From positions 1 to 51,533 of the forward strand of contig JBBRDV010000004.1 in NCBI GenBank assembly GCA_038203565.1: a DNA stretch of 51,533 nt, in the 5' to 3' direction. Both the position numbers and the translations under genes were made by a program. Positions 1-10,068 of this stretch are shown in pieces. The notes below the pieces were generated by a model. It was not told the origin of the DNA. It was given only the letters and a program-made list of their open reading frames with translations, and searched no databases. The stretch's first letter is position 1; each line of letters opens with the position of its first letter. Origin of the DNA: Atribacterota bacterium (GTDB lineage: Bacteria; Atribacterota; Phoenicimicrobiia; Phoenicimicrobiales; Phoenicimicrobiaceae).

Positions 1-1
1 T

Positions 2-178
2 ATACAAATGGTTCCCTTTGTGCTTCTTCATATTGGAAAGCCGGAAATAGAGATACTAATGTGTATTCCGATGGGATTGTGGTTCGGATATATTGCCTAT
101 CGAGGAAAATCATTCTGGCCTGCTTTCATTACCCATACTTTCATCAACTTCACCCTTAAATACTTCGTGAATTTTTAA
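2..178 (+). CDS. CPBP (CAAX protease/Abi) family intramembrane metalloprotease, 3' end (runs off window)
   Basis: Manual translation of frame 2: IQMVPFVLLHIGKP...FGYIAYRGKSFWPAFITHTFINFTLKYFVNF*. Contains the FxxxH and HxxxN CPBP motifs; stop TAA at 176-178. Confidence 0.8.
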   Translation: MQMVPFVLLHIGKPEIEILMCIPMGLWFGYIAYRGKSFWPAFITHTFINFTLKYFVNF

Positions 179-208
179 TGGTAAATGAGAGAAAAGACGA
201 TAACCAGT

Positions 209-244
209 CCTTTAGCATTTTACTGAAGGGTTTTTTTATTTTTT
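209..244 (+). terminator. Putative intrinsic terminator
   Basis: CCTTTAG...CTGAAGG stem followed by a T-run, downstream of the CPBP gene. Confidence 0.5.
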
Positions 245-367
245 AAATTTTTTCATAAAAAAAGAAGGACTTTGTAATTTTATATAGTAGTTTAATTAAA
301 GTAATGTTTTTTAGAAAAGGTTTTATAGACTGATAAGAGTTGGAAAGAATTAATTGGGAGGTAATGT

Positions 368-668
368 ATGTCGAATGTAGAAATAGTAAAGGAGTATATC
401 CCTGGTTCAATCGGTCGAGTTACTGATTCGGTGGTTCATTATATCCGATATCTTGCGTGGAAGAGGTATTGGCAACCAACTCATTAACAAAGCTCTCGAC
501 TTTTGTAGGAACAAAGGATACAGGCGGGTATACCTCTGGACTTTTGAGGGTCTTAGTGCTGCGAAACACCTCTACGAGAAGAGTGGTTTTAAACTTGTTG
601 AAGAGTACAGGGAAAAACAGTGGGGAACAGAAGTTAACGAACAGCGATTCGAATTAGAGCTGAGTTAA
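368..668 (+). pseudogene. GNAT family N-acetyltransferase, internally deleted and frameshifted
   Basis: RBS GGAGG and ATG at 368 give MSNVEIVKEYIPGSIGRVT. The C-terminal half (IRWFIISDILRGRGIGNQL...LYEKSGF) is in a different frame from about 426. The combined length (~100 codons) is too short for a full GNAT. Confidence 0.75.
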
Positions 669-874
669 CCTCATCTAACTAGCGGGCGCAGTCTAAGGGG
701 AGACGTTTGCAAATTTTAGCTTTTCGATTTGAGTGCTGAAGGGCTTTTTAAAGATTTATTGAATTATAATTATAAATAGTTTTTTAAAAGAAAAGCAAGC
801 TTTTGATTTTTAGATAAACTGACTTTTATTTATTAAGAGTAATAAGGGATAAAAATTTAGAGGTGAATTGAAGA

Positions 875-1405
875 ATGGAAAAAACACTGGTGTTAATAAA
901 GCCCGATGCATTTAAAAGAGGCCTGGTTGGGGAAATTATTTCGAGATTTGAAAGAGTGGGACTAAGTCTGGAAGAAATGAAAATAGTAAATGCTTCTACT
1001 GAAATTGTTAGACAACACTATCCTGATGATAAAAATTGGATTAGATCTGTTGGTAAAAAGACCGTAGATACTTATCAAAAATATAATTTAAATATCGCAG
1101 AGGATTTAGGGACCGATGATGCCCTGGAAGTTGGTAAACTGGTTAGAAAATGGTTGATTCAGCAAATAATTTCAGGACCAATAATTGCAATTATCTTAAG
1201 CGGAAACCATGCTATTGAAGTTGTAAGAAAATTAGTGGGGAATACGGTTCCTCTTTTTGCGGAATTGGGTACCATAAGGGGTGATTTTTCGATTGATTCA
1301 CCCGACCTTTCTACTAAGGAAAAGCGAGCTTTACAGAATTTGGTTCATGCCTCGTCAACCATTGAGGAAGCGAGACGAGAAATTTCTCTTTGGTTTGCAA
1401 TTTGA
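875..1405 (+). CDS. ndk: Nucleoside-diphosphate kinase (with internal insert)
   Basis: TLVLIKPDA, GTIRGDF and NLVHAS (catalytic His) motifs. Confidence 0.93.
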   Translation: MEKTLVLIKPDAFKRGLVGEIISRFERVGLSLEEMKIVNASTEIVRQHYPDDKNWIRSVGKKTVDTYQKYNLNIAEDLGTDDALEVGKLVRKWLIQQIISGPIIAIILSGNHAIEVVRKLVGNTVPLFAELGTIRGDFSIDSPDLSTKEKRALQNLVHASSTIEEARREISLWFAI

Positions 1406-1517
1406 GGGTTTATACTAACAAAGAAAAGGATTATCCCTTTTTAATTGATGTCTTGATTTAATAAGCCTAAGATACGATATAACAATTAATCTATAAAATA
1501 TTTTGGGATGGTAATTA

Positions 1518-4500
1518 ATGAATAAAACTATGGTCAGAGAATTATATAACAAAATATCTAAAAAGATTTTACACACACAAATATTAGATGATATCTCTTT
1601 AGATAAAGAGTTTATTAGAAAATATATTGAAGATCCTCTATTTTTAAAACAATTGTCATCTATGGTAAAAAAGAAAGATTATAGCTGTCAGGCAGTATAT
1701 TTTTTATGTCAGTATATCCTTGTCGATATAGACAAAAAACATAATTCTACTCATTGGCTTTATCAGGTATTTCAGTTTGCCCTCTCTAAATCTTTCCCTG
1801 AAGCAGTAGATCTATCTGTTAAAGATACTTCCGATAATTGCCGAAAAGCTTTCTTACTTTATTTAGAATTTTTAAGAGTAATTTCGAAGTTCCAAAAGTC
1901 GTCCGGTGATCCAACTTTTCACGGCAAATATCCCCTTAATTTTTTAACTTCTGAAGAAAGCAACAAACTGGAAAATCCTGTTGAATATAAAAGATTTTTA
2001 AAAGCATTTAATGACGAGTATATCTATGAGATGATGAGATTAAACCAAGAAATTTCAAAATATAATACTTTAGACCATATATGCGGTGTGAACTGGATTG
2101 CCTTATTTGTAGGCAGGCAGTTACATGATCTGGGTCTTCCTGTTGATTTGGGGAGGATTTCCGGAGCAGCAGCAGGACATGATATCGGAAAATATGGATG
2201 CAAGGATATCGAGGTAGAAAGGACTCCCTATTTACATTATTACTATACTGATAGGTGGTTTGAAAAACATAATATCCCTTATGTCGGACATATTGCTGTT
2301 AATCATTCTGTTTGGGATTTAGAATTAGAAAATTTACCCTTAGAATCACTTATATTAATTTATGCTGATTTTCGGGTTAAAAATGCGAATAACGGTCTCA
2401 AAGAGGAGATGAGGATCTTTAGTTTAAAAGATTCTTTTCAAGTAATTTTAGGGAAACTGGATAATATTGATAAGAATAAAAGAAAAAGATATTGCCGGGT
2501 TTATGAGAAATTAAAAGACTTTGAAGATTATATGATAAATTTAGGGGTAAATGTAGATATAGAGAATAAAGAGATAAGTTCTTGTAAAAAAGATAGAAAA
2601 CCATATTATCCTCTCATGCATGGTCAAGAAGTTATCCAAAATATAAAGTTTCTTTCTATAGAACATAATATAGATTTAATGCACGAACTTCGAGATGAAT
2701 CTTCTCTTAATTCACTTTTAGAATTAGGCCGAAGCGAAAAAGATTGGAACAATCTACGGGAATATCTACAAATATTTAATGAATATTCCACCTATTTGAC
2801 TCAAAAACAGAAGATGATTACCTTGAGATATTTATACGAACAATTAACTCATCCGGAAGATGAAATAAGAAGGAGAAGTGCAAAAATTATCGGTTTATTG
2901 ATTGTCAGCTTTGACGAAGATTACCGCAAAGAGATTCCTCAAAATGTTACCCTAAAACCTCCCGCGATTACCAGTGTTAATTTATTGGAAAGATATTTAA
3001 AATATTTTTTACAACCAGATCATAAAAAGATTGCTCTTCATCAATCTCGAATTATTAATAGCACTGAGGATATGATTTCTTCTCTCTTTTCTAACTGTCG
3101 CAATAATCATCAGGTAAGCAATTATAGAAAAAGTATTTTAAATCACTATATAAAAGACCTGTATAGCGATGAAGAAATTCAACTGTGTTTAATAAAAACC
3201 GCCGAATATATATCAATCTGTTCAGAGGAAAAATCTGTAAAGGTATTATTTGATTATATTATAAAGATGTTACAGAAAGATAATCACAATCTTAGACTTA
3301 CTGCTTTAGAGGTAGTCTATGATTTAATACCACAAATTGATAAAAAATTTGTATTTATAAATAACTTAAGAAAATTATTTGCTTGTAATATTTCTGCTTC
3401 GGTGCTCCCTGCTGAAAATTATTTAAATATGAAGATAGTTGAATTATTAGGTTTGGATAAAAGCATTGTAAAAAGGTACATCGAATTTTATCGAAGAGAT
3501 ATAGAAAAGATACAGTATATATTTCTAAGCAACCTTAAAACTTCGACCAGTGGAATAATCAAAAAAATTCAGATAGAACTTTTATTAGAACATACCTTAA
3601 AGAGCAAGCAGGAAGAAATCTATACCGCTTTGCATTTTTGCAATATTTTAAAAGTTAGCGGCATAGAAGATATTAGAAATTTGGCTGGTAAAGCCTTGGT
3701 AAATTTAATGCCTTCCTTATCTTTTCAACAGAGGAACGATATAGCCATTGAATTGCTACGGGCTTTAGAAATGGAAGATTATCAATTTACTAAATATATT
3801 CCTTACTATTTGGGTCAATTGATACTCTATCTTACACCTAATGAGTTAGAGGAACTTGTTGATGATTTAATAGAAAAAATCAAACAGTCAGACCCCAAAT
3901 TAAGCTCATTACTGCTTAGGACCGTGGGTATCGCCATCGCTAATTACCCTAAATACCGAGAAAGATTTTCAGAAAAAGAGAGATCATTCGAAAACAGACT
4001 TAGCAAGATGATAGGTATTCTTTTGAATGGTTTTGTGCACTATAATTTAAAGGTTAAACAGGCTGCATTTAGAGTGATCGGTAAGGAAATATTTGGCTCA
4101 AGACATCTTAACTTGGAAGAGAAAAACCACATATTTCAACTTATTGTTAAAAAAATTCTTACTCTGTTAACTCCTGTAACTAAAGAAGGTCTGATGTTTT
4201 TAATAAATTGTATCGGGCTTAATTATATGTATAAATTTATCTCTGATTATAATTTTTTCAAAGGGAGCATCAATCTTGAAACCCCAGGCAAAATAGCTTT
4301 CTTCCCAGGAGCTTTTGACCCATTTTCTTTAAGCCACAAAGAAATTGTAAAAGCAATAGAATCACTCGGATTTGAAATATATTTAGCAGTTGATGAATTT
4401 TCCTGGTCTAAAAGGACTCAGCCACACCTCTTCAGAAAGAATATAATAAATATTTCTATTGCCGATGAACTTAATGTATATTTATATCCTGAAGATTTGC

Positions 4501-6443
4501 CGGTTAATATTGCCAATCCAGATGATTTAAAGGCTTTGAGGGAAAATTTTCCCTTTTCCGAGGTTTACATTGTCGTAGGTAATGATGTTATATTAAATGC
4601 TTCTGCTTACCAAAAAAATAAGAGAAAAAATTCCATAGATACTTTTTCTCATATTATTTTTGATAGAAAGATCCCGCATATTACAGATGAGAAAGAAGAA
4701 GAGATTCAAGAAGCTATTAAAGAAATAAAGGGAAAGACGATAAGACTTAACCTTACACCTTGTTATGAAGAAATAAGTTCAACTCAGATAAGAAATAATA
4801 TAGATGAAAATAGAGGCATTTCCAGACTTATCGACCCTTTAGCCCAGAAATATATTTACGAAAACAGTTTATACCAAAGAGAACCACAATACAAGAGTGT
4901 AATACAGACTATCTCTATCGATGTGCAGGTAATTGAAGATATTGCCCCGGATTTAATAAAAGAACTTTGCCAGAAAGTACTTTCTAAATATACTCGAAAC
5001 AAAGCATCTAAAAAATTGCTTGAGTTTACTCGTAAATTAAACCCGAGAATTCTACTATTACGTGATATTCGCCATAATGGAATGATATTGGGTTTTTCAG
5101 CCTTTCATTGGGTTCGTTCAAATATTCTTTTCCAGGAGTTTAAGGATAACTTGATATCTGAGTATATCCGGGATAATGCAGTTGGCCGCACAATAGCTAT
5201 TGATGGTATTTTTACCATAAGTGATATGGAAAATAGATCAGGACTTGAAAACCTTGAGCAGGTTATTCTTACCGAAACTCTTTCTTTTTGCATAGAGAAA
5301 GATTACAGTTACACGATATTTAGGAATATATTAAATGATTATACTTTACCTTCTTTAAACGAGAACTTAGAACTTATGGGGTTTTATCGCTTGCCTTTCA
5401 GCGATAAAGATAATCCGGTATTTGTAGTGGATATGAGTAAACCCTGTATAGTCAATCTGGATACCGAGACAATTATAAAAGAACCATTCTGCCAAAATTT
5501 ATACATTAAAAAATCAGTTATAATATCTCGTAAACGATTATTAAAATCGTTTACTACTTTTTATCCCGGGAATGTTGTTTTACCATTTAATATAGATTTA
5601 ATCAATCAAACTATTGTGAAGAAAATTTGCAGTATAAATGATGTTTCGACAACGCCGTTAATCCCTCGAGCTTTAGGAGGGTCAATGTGTGTGCCCTTCG
5701 GAAAGATACTACATAAGATGGTAGTCCCCAACACGGTAACTAAATCTCTCCATACGGAAAAAATATTTGTTTCTGATATGAAAGGTTTTGAAATTGATGC
5801 CTTCCCTCATTATATGAGTTTGGAAAATCAGGTTAAAATAATTCATTCATTTGATATGCCCGTAATTCTTATTGATGACTATTTGCATAAAGGTTATAGA
5901 ATAAAGACCCTTGAGCCCCTGTTTAAAAAATATGATATTAAAATTAAAAAAATAATTGTGGGAGCACTATCTGGTAGTGGAAAAGAGATAGCAACTGTAT
6001 TAAATAGAGATGTTGATTGCGCCCATTTTATTCCCAATCTTAGATTATGGTTTAATGAGAGTGAATTGTATCCCTTTATTGGCGGAGACGCATTAAGGAG
6101 AAAAATAAGGACTCAGGGAAACTTAGTTAGATCTATTAATCAGATACTACCCTATACTTTCCCTTCATTTATTAAAAATATTTCTGCAAAAACTATCTAT
6201 AATTTTTCCGAAATTTGTATTGAAAATGCCTTAACTATATTAGAAGCTCTGGAAAATGAATACCAGGTAATTCAACAAAGAAAATTAACTCTTGACCATT
6301 TAGGAGAAGTAATTATTTATCCCCGATATCCTGACCAAGGAGAAGATATGGAGTATAAATTAAATCTTAGTCCTTCTCATTATTTAGGAAATAGCCTTGA
6401 ACTTTTACGGCGTACCAAAGGGATTGCAGACAGGGGAAAGTAA
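1518..6443 (+). CDS. Uncharacterised 1641-aa multidomain protein: HD phosphohydrolase, helical HEAT-like region, cytidylyltransferase/NadD-like domain, GNAT-like region, PRTase-like domain
   Basis: HD motifs H187, HD221-222, YAD284. FFPGAFDPFSLSH at ~aa 928 and ISSTQIR at ~aa 1086 (NadD-like). VILIDDYLHKG at ~aa 1450 (PRPP-loop-like). Confidence 0.75.
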   Translation: MNKTMVRELYNKISKKILHTQILDDISLDKEFIRKYIEDPLFLKQLSSMVKKKDYSCQAVYFLCQYILVDIDKKHNSTHWLYQVFQFALSKSFPEAVDLSVKDTSDNCRKAFLLYLEFLRVISKFQKSSGDPTFHGKYPLNFLTSEESNKLENPVEYKRFLKAFNDEYIYEMMRLNQEISKYNTLDHICGVNWIALFVGRQLHDLGLPVDLGRISGAAAGHDIGKYGCKDIEVERTPYLHYYYTDRWFEKHNIPYVGHIAVNHSVWDLELENLPLESLILIYADFRVKNANNGLKEEMRIFSLKDSFQVILGKLDNIDKNKRKRYCRVYEKLKDFEDYMINLGVNVDIENKEISSCKKDRKPYYPLMHGQEVIQNIKFLSIEHNIDLMHELRDESSLNSLLELGRSEKDWNNLREYLQIFNEYSTYLTQKQKMITLRYLYEQLTHPEDEIRRRSAKIIGLLIVSFDEDYRKEIPQNVTLKPPAITSVNLLERYLKYFLQPDHKKIALHQSRIINSTEDMISSLFSNCRNNHQVSNYRKSILNHYIKDLYSDEEIQLCLIKTAEYISICSEEKSVKVLFDYIIKMLQKDNHNLRLTALEVVYDLIPQIDKKFVFINNLRKLFACNISASVLPAENYLNMKIVELLGLDKSIVKRYIEFYRRDIEKIQYIFLSNLKTSTSGIIKKIQIELLLEHTLKSKQEEIYTALHFCNILKVSGIEDIRNLAGKALVNLMPSLSFQQRNDIAIELLRALEMEDYQFTKYIPYYLGQLILYLTPNELEELVDDLIEKIKQSDPKLSSLLLRTVGIAIANYPKYRERFSEKERSFENRLSKMIGILLNGFVHYNLKVKQAAFRVIGKEIFGSRHLNLEEKNHIFQLIVKKILTLLTPVTKEGLMFLINCIGLNYMYKFISDYNFFKGSINLETPGKIAFFPGAFDPFSLSHKEIVKAIESLGFEIYLAVDEFSWSKRTQPHLFRKNIINISIADELNVYLYPEDLPVNIANPDDLKALRENFPFSEVYIVVGNDVILNASAYQKNKRKNSIDTFSHIIFDRKIPHITDEKEEEIQEAIKEIKGKTIRLNLTPCYEEISSTQIRNNIDENRGISRLIDPLAQKYIYENSLYQREPQYKSVIQTISIDVQVIEDIAPDLIKELCQKVLSKYTRNKASKKLLEFTRKLNPRILLLRDIRHNGMILGFSAFHWVRSNILFQEFKDNLISEYIRDNAVGRTIAIDGIFTISDMENRSGLENLEQVILTETLSFCIEKDYSYTIFRNILNDYTLPSLNENLELMGFYRLPFSDKDNPVFVVDMSKPCIVNLDTETIIKEPFCQNLYIKKSVIISRKRLLKSFTTFYPGNVVLPFNIDLINQTIVKKICSINDVSTTPLIPRALGGSMCVPFGKILHKMVVPNTVTKSLHTEKIFVSDMKGFEIDAFPHYMSLENQVKIIHSFDMPVILIDDYLHKGYRIKTLEPLFKKYDIKIKKIIVGALSGSGKEIATVLNRDVDCAHFIPNLRLWFNESELYPFIGGDALRRKIRTQGNLVRSINQILPYTFPSFIKNISAKTIYNFSEICIENALTILEALENEYQVIQQRKLTLDHLGEVIIYPRYPDQGEDMEYKLNLSPSHYLGNSLELLRRTKGIADRGK

Positions 6444-6468
6444 ATTTTAAATTTAAGAAGGATCTTTA

Positions 6469-7713
6469 ATGTTTTTCTATAAAATAAAAGATAAAATACT
6501 AATTTCCCAATCGGAATACAGTGAATTAAATAAAATATCCGAAAGCGAAGCTAAAGAGAGCAAAGAAATAATTTATGTACTTAACCGGATAAACCCCTTA
6601 AAATCCAGAAGATATTTTAGTATTACTGATCCATCCCTAATCTTTTTAAAAGAAGAGGGTATCCACCTACTTCAAAAATCTAAAAAGATTGATTATGATT
6701 TACCTCTATGGCTTAATGAAAGAATAAAAGAAAAAAAAGTGAGTTCACTTAATACCGAATATCCTAACTGGCAAGATGTGTTAACTTATAAATTTCCTTC
6801 CCGGTGGAAAGTTAATATTGTAGGCTTGGGTGATGTAGGAGGGGTTCTCCTTAGCGGTTTGAGATTATTGGCAGGGAACTGTGTTGAATCTATCGGAATA
6901 TATGATAAAAATATAAACGCGATAAAAAGATGGGAATTAGAGGCAAATCAGATATTTTGTCCTTTTACTGCTCAGAAATTTCCTGAGGTTTACCGGTTAA
7001 GAGAAGAGAATATTTTTGATTGTGACCTGTTTGTATTTTGTGCAACTATAGGAGTTCCTTCTTTGGAAGAAAAACAAGAAGATGTGAGAATGAAGCAGTT
7101 CAAAGGAAATTCTAAGATAATTTCTGATTATGCCCGAAAAGCCCGGGAAAAATCGTTTAAGGGGATATTTGCAATTATCTCAGACCCGGTAGACTTATTG
7201 TGCAAAGTTGTTTTTCTGGACGGTAATAAAAATACCAGCGGAGAGTTTGATTTTAAAGGAATAGCAGCAGACCAGATAAGAGGTTATGGATTAGGGGTGA
7301 TGCATGCCCGGGCAGTCTATTATTCAAAACAAAATACTGAAACTGTTAAATATAATCGAGAAGGCAGAGCCTTTGGCCCTCATGGTCAGGGTTTGGTAAT
7401 TGTCAACAGCTTTAAAAAATATGACGAAAGTCTTTCAAAGGTGCTCACCGATCAAACTGTAAAAGCAAACTTAGAAGTAAGGAAGACCGATTTTAAACCT
7501 TATGTAGCCCCTGCCTTATCTTCCGGGAGCTATCCCCTTATTGCCACCATGAGCGGGAAATGGCATTACAGTGCAACCTTTATGGGAGGGGTATTTATGG
7601 GAGCGAAAAATAGATTGCTTAAATCAGGAACTGAAATTGAAAGATTAGACCTTCCGATTAACTTAATAGAGAAAATTAAAGAAAGTTATAAGGATTTGGG
7701 CAATAGCTTATAA
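6469..7713 (+). CDS. Lactate/malate dehydrogenase-fold NAD-binding protein with N-terminal extension
   Basis: VNIVGLGDVGG Rossmann motif at ~aa 115, ISDPVD (NPVD-like) and GPHG (GEHG-like). Confidence 0.75.
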   Translation: MFFYKIKDKILISQSEYSELNKISESEAKESKEIIYVLNRINPLKSRRYFSITDPSLIFLKEEGIHLLQKSKKIDYDLPLWLNERIKEKKVSSLNTEYPNWQDVLTYKFPSRWKVNIVGLGDVGGVLLSGLRLLAGNCVESIGIYDKNINAIKRWELEANQIFCPFTAQKFPEVYRLREENIFDCDLFVFCATIGVPSLEEKQEDVRMKQFKGNSKIISDYARKAREKSFKGIFAIISDPVDLLCKVVFLDGNKNTSGEFDFKGIAADQIRGYGLGVMHARAVYYSKQNTETVKYNREGRAFGPHGQGLVIVNSFKKYDESLSKVLTDQTVKANLEVRKTDFKPYVAPALSSGSYPLIATMSGKWHYSATFMGGVFMGAKNRLLKSGTEIERLDLPINLIEKIKESYKDLGNSL

Positions 7714-7741
7714 ACAATATCTCGATAGAGGGAATTATTTT

Positions 7742-8794
7742 ATGGAAAATATTTTTTTGATTATGACGGGGAAAATATCGGATAGTTTTGCTGAGATGGT
7801 CAAAATAGCCACAGAAAATTGTCAATTAACCATTATAAAGAACATTAAGGATTTTCCTATTGATTTAAGAAATAAAAAGATTATATTTGCTATTGAATTA
7901 GATGAATGCGGATTTAATATTCCTCTATTTGAAATGCTTTTAAAATTAAAGGAAAGAGGAGATGATTCCCTTTTAGATTCAAGAGCCGTAATTATTATTC
8001 AAAGCTCGAGTGAGTTATTTACCAAGAGCACTGCTCAAAAGATAGTTTTTTTAACCAATCAGATGGGATGTAGATTTCCCGGTCATCCAGCTGTAGAAGC
8101 CACTCATAATCTTGATAATTTTCTTACCTGGCAAAAAACATATAACCTGCCTCTTGTAGAGATTTACCAAGAACAGGCTAAAGAATTAGTAGAAAAATTA
8201 AGGGAGGAGAACTTAAAATTAATTAATAGACCGAAGATACTTGTACTGCATTCGAGTTTGTTTAATACATCCAATACTCTTATGCTTTGGAAAATGGTAA
8301 AAGAAAGCCTTGGCGAAGAAGATATAAGAGAATTCCACGTAGAAAATGGAACCGTGGTAGACTGCAGGGGGTGTTCTTATAAAACCTGCATTCATAATAG
8401 TGAAGAAAAAAGCTGTTTTTATGGGGGGATTATGGTAAAAGAAATTCTTCCCGCAATAGAAGGGGCTGATTGCATAATCTGGCTATGCCCCAATTATAAT
8501 GATGCAATATCCGCAAAACTTATGGCAGTTATTAACAGAATGACTGTGCTTTATAAGAGGGTGGAATTTGGGGATAAAACTCTATTTTCCATTGTTGTTT
8601 CAGGAAATTCAGGGAGTGATTGTGTGGCTAAACAGTTAATAGGGGCTTTAAATATTAACAAAGGATTCAGACTGCCTCCTTACTTTACTTTAACAGCTAC
8701 TGCCAATGACCCAGGGTCAATAATGAATGTCTTGGGGATAGATCAAAAAGCAAAAAAATTTGCTGAAAACATAAAAAGAGAAATCAAAAAATAA
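7742..8794 (+). CDS. Tandem flavodoxin-fold / iron-sulfur flavoprotein-like protein
   Basis: Two flavodoxin-like halves. The C-terminal half has ILVLHSS...SNT, the Cys cluster CRGCSYKTC...C and ADCIIWLCPNY. Confidence 0.7.
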   Translation: MENIFLIMTGKISDSFAEMVKIATENCQLTIIKNIKDFPIDLRNKKIIFAIELDECGFNIPLFEMLLKLKERGDDSLLDSRAVIIIQSSSELFTKSTAQKIVFLTNQMGCRFPGHPAVEATHNLDNFLTWQKTYNLPLVEIYQEQAKELVEKLREENLKLINRPKILVLHSSLFNTSNTLMLWKMVKESLGEEDIREFHVENGTVVDCRGCSYKTCIHNSEEKSCFYGGIMVKEILPAIEGADCIIWLCPNYNDAISAKLMAVINRMTVLYKRVEFGDKTLFSIVVSGNSGSDCVAKQLIGALNINKGFRLPPYFTLTATANDPGSIMNVLGIDQKAKKFAENIKREIKK

Positions 8795-8817
8795 AATAAA
8801 GAGATTTAATTTATATT

Positions 8818-9846
8818 ATGCAAAAAAGAGATATTAAAAATTTTACCTTAAATGAACTTCAAGAAGAGGTTAAAAATTTAGGGGCTGAAAAATATAGAGC
8901 AACTCAATTATTTGATTTTCTTTACAAAAAAGGCATGGAAGACTTCAAGGATATGCTTAGTCTTCCAACATCATTTAGAGATTTACTTCAAAAATATTTT
9001 TACATAAGTAAGATAGGGTTGGAAAATTTAGCTAAATCAAAAGATCAAACCGAAAAATATTTATTTAAGTTAGAAGATGGAAATTTAATAGAAAGTGTTC
9101 TTATATTTTCTAGTAAAAGAGTGACTGAATGTATATCTTCCCAAATTGGTTGTAAGCATAACTGTTTGTTTTGTGAAAGCGGCAAGAAAGGTTTTACCCG
9201 AGACCTTACAGTTAGCGAGATTTTAAATCAAGTTTTATTTGTAAAGAAAAAAATTGAATCTAATCTCAATAATATTGTATTTATGGGGATTGGCGAGCCT
9301 TTAGATAATTATGGTAATGTGGCAAAAGCCATTTGTATATTGAATTCTAAAGATGCTCTCAATATTGGAGCAAGAAGGATTACCATTTCTACCTGTGGAG
9401 TGATACCGGCTATAAAAAGGTTACAAGAACGTAATTGGCAAATAGAGTTATCAGTTTCTCTGCATGCTCCGGAAAATAAATTAAGGTCTTATCTAATGCC
9501 GGTAAATAATATGTACCCCTTACCCGATCTGATAGAAGCATGCAAGAATTATGCGGAAAAAACTAAAAGGCAAATTACTTTTGAATATATTTTAATTAAA
9601 GGAGTGAATGATTCACTAAATTATGCAGATAAATTAGCAAAACTGATTGGTGGATTTAATTCTAAAGTAAATTTAATTACCTTTAATCCTGCGCCCGATT
9701 CCTTACTGCAGGCACCCGGTATTTCTCAAGTCAAATCCTTTAAAAATAAGCTGGCAGCCAGTGGAATTCCAACCACTATAAGAATATCAAAAGGTGATGA
9801 TATCTCTGCTGCCTGTGGACAGCTAAAGAGCCTGCATCTTAAATAA
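8818..9846 (+). CDS. rlmN: Dual-specificity RNA methyltransferase RlmN (radical SAM)
   Basis: CISSQIGCKHNCLFC, MGIGEP and AACGQL motifs. Confidence 0.93.
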   Translation: MQKRDIKNFTLNELQEEVKNLGAEKYRATQLFDFLYKKGMEDFKDMLSLPTSFRDLLQKYFYISKIGLENLAKSKDQTEKYLFKLEDGNLIESVLIFSSKRVTECISSQIGCKHNCLFCESGKKGFTRDLTVSEILNQVLFVKKKIESNLNNIVFMGIGEPLDNYGNVAKAICILNSKDALNIGARRITISTCGVIPAIKRLQERNWQIELSVSLHAPENKLRSYLMPVNNMYPLPDLIEACKNYAEKTKRQITFEYILIKGVNDSLNYADKLAKLIGGFNSKVNLITFNPAPDSLLQAPGISQVKSFKNKLAASGIPTTIRISKGDDISAACGQLKSLHLK

Positions 9847-9852
9847 GCTAAA

Positions 9853-9875
9853 AGGGCGTATGCAATACGCCCTAC
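9853..9875 (-). repeat. GTAG-type REP palindrome; may double as a terminator on the + strand
   Basis: AGGGCGTAT-GCA-ATACGCCCT-AC, which reads GTAGGGCGTATTGCATACGCCCT on the - strand. Followed by a T-rich tract. Confidence 0.6.
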
Positions 9876-9896
9876 TTCTTTCTTTTTTATTTTCTT

Positions 9897-10007
9897 AACC
9901 AGCTAACCAGCTAACCAGGTAACTAAATGTATACTCGATACTATCTTATCTTCTGTTTCCTAAATTCTATTTTTCACGATATACGATATACGGCATACTA
10001 TATACGA
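9897..10007. repeat. Degenerate 8-mer and 7-mer tandem repeats
   Basis: AACCAGCT x2, AACCAGGT, AACTAAAT at 9897-9928. ACGATAT x2, ACGGCAT, ACTATAT at 9976-10007. Confidence 0.8.
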
Positions 10008-10015
10008 ATAATTTC

Positions 10016-10043
10016 TTGACTTTATAAACATATCTGATATACT
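10016..10043 (+). promoter_or_regulatory. Sigma70-type promoter of the tRNA
   Basis: TTGACT-N16-TATACT about 25 nt upstream of the tRNA. Confidence 0.65.
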
Positions 10044-10068
10044 TTTAACCAAGATAATGTTGGCTAAC

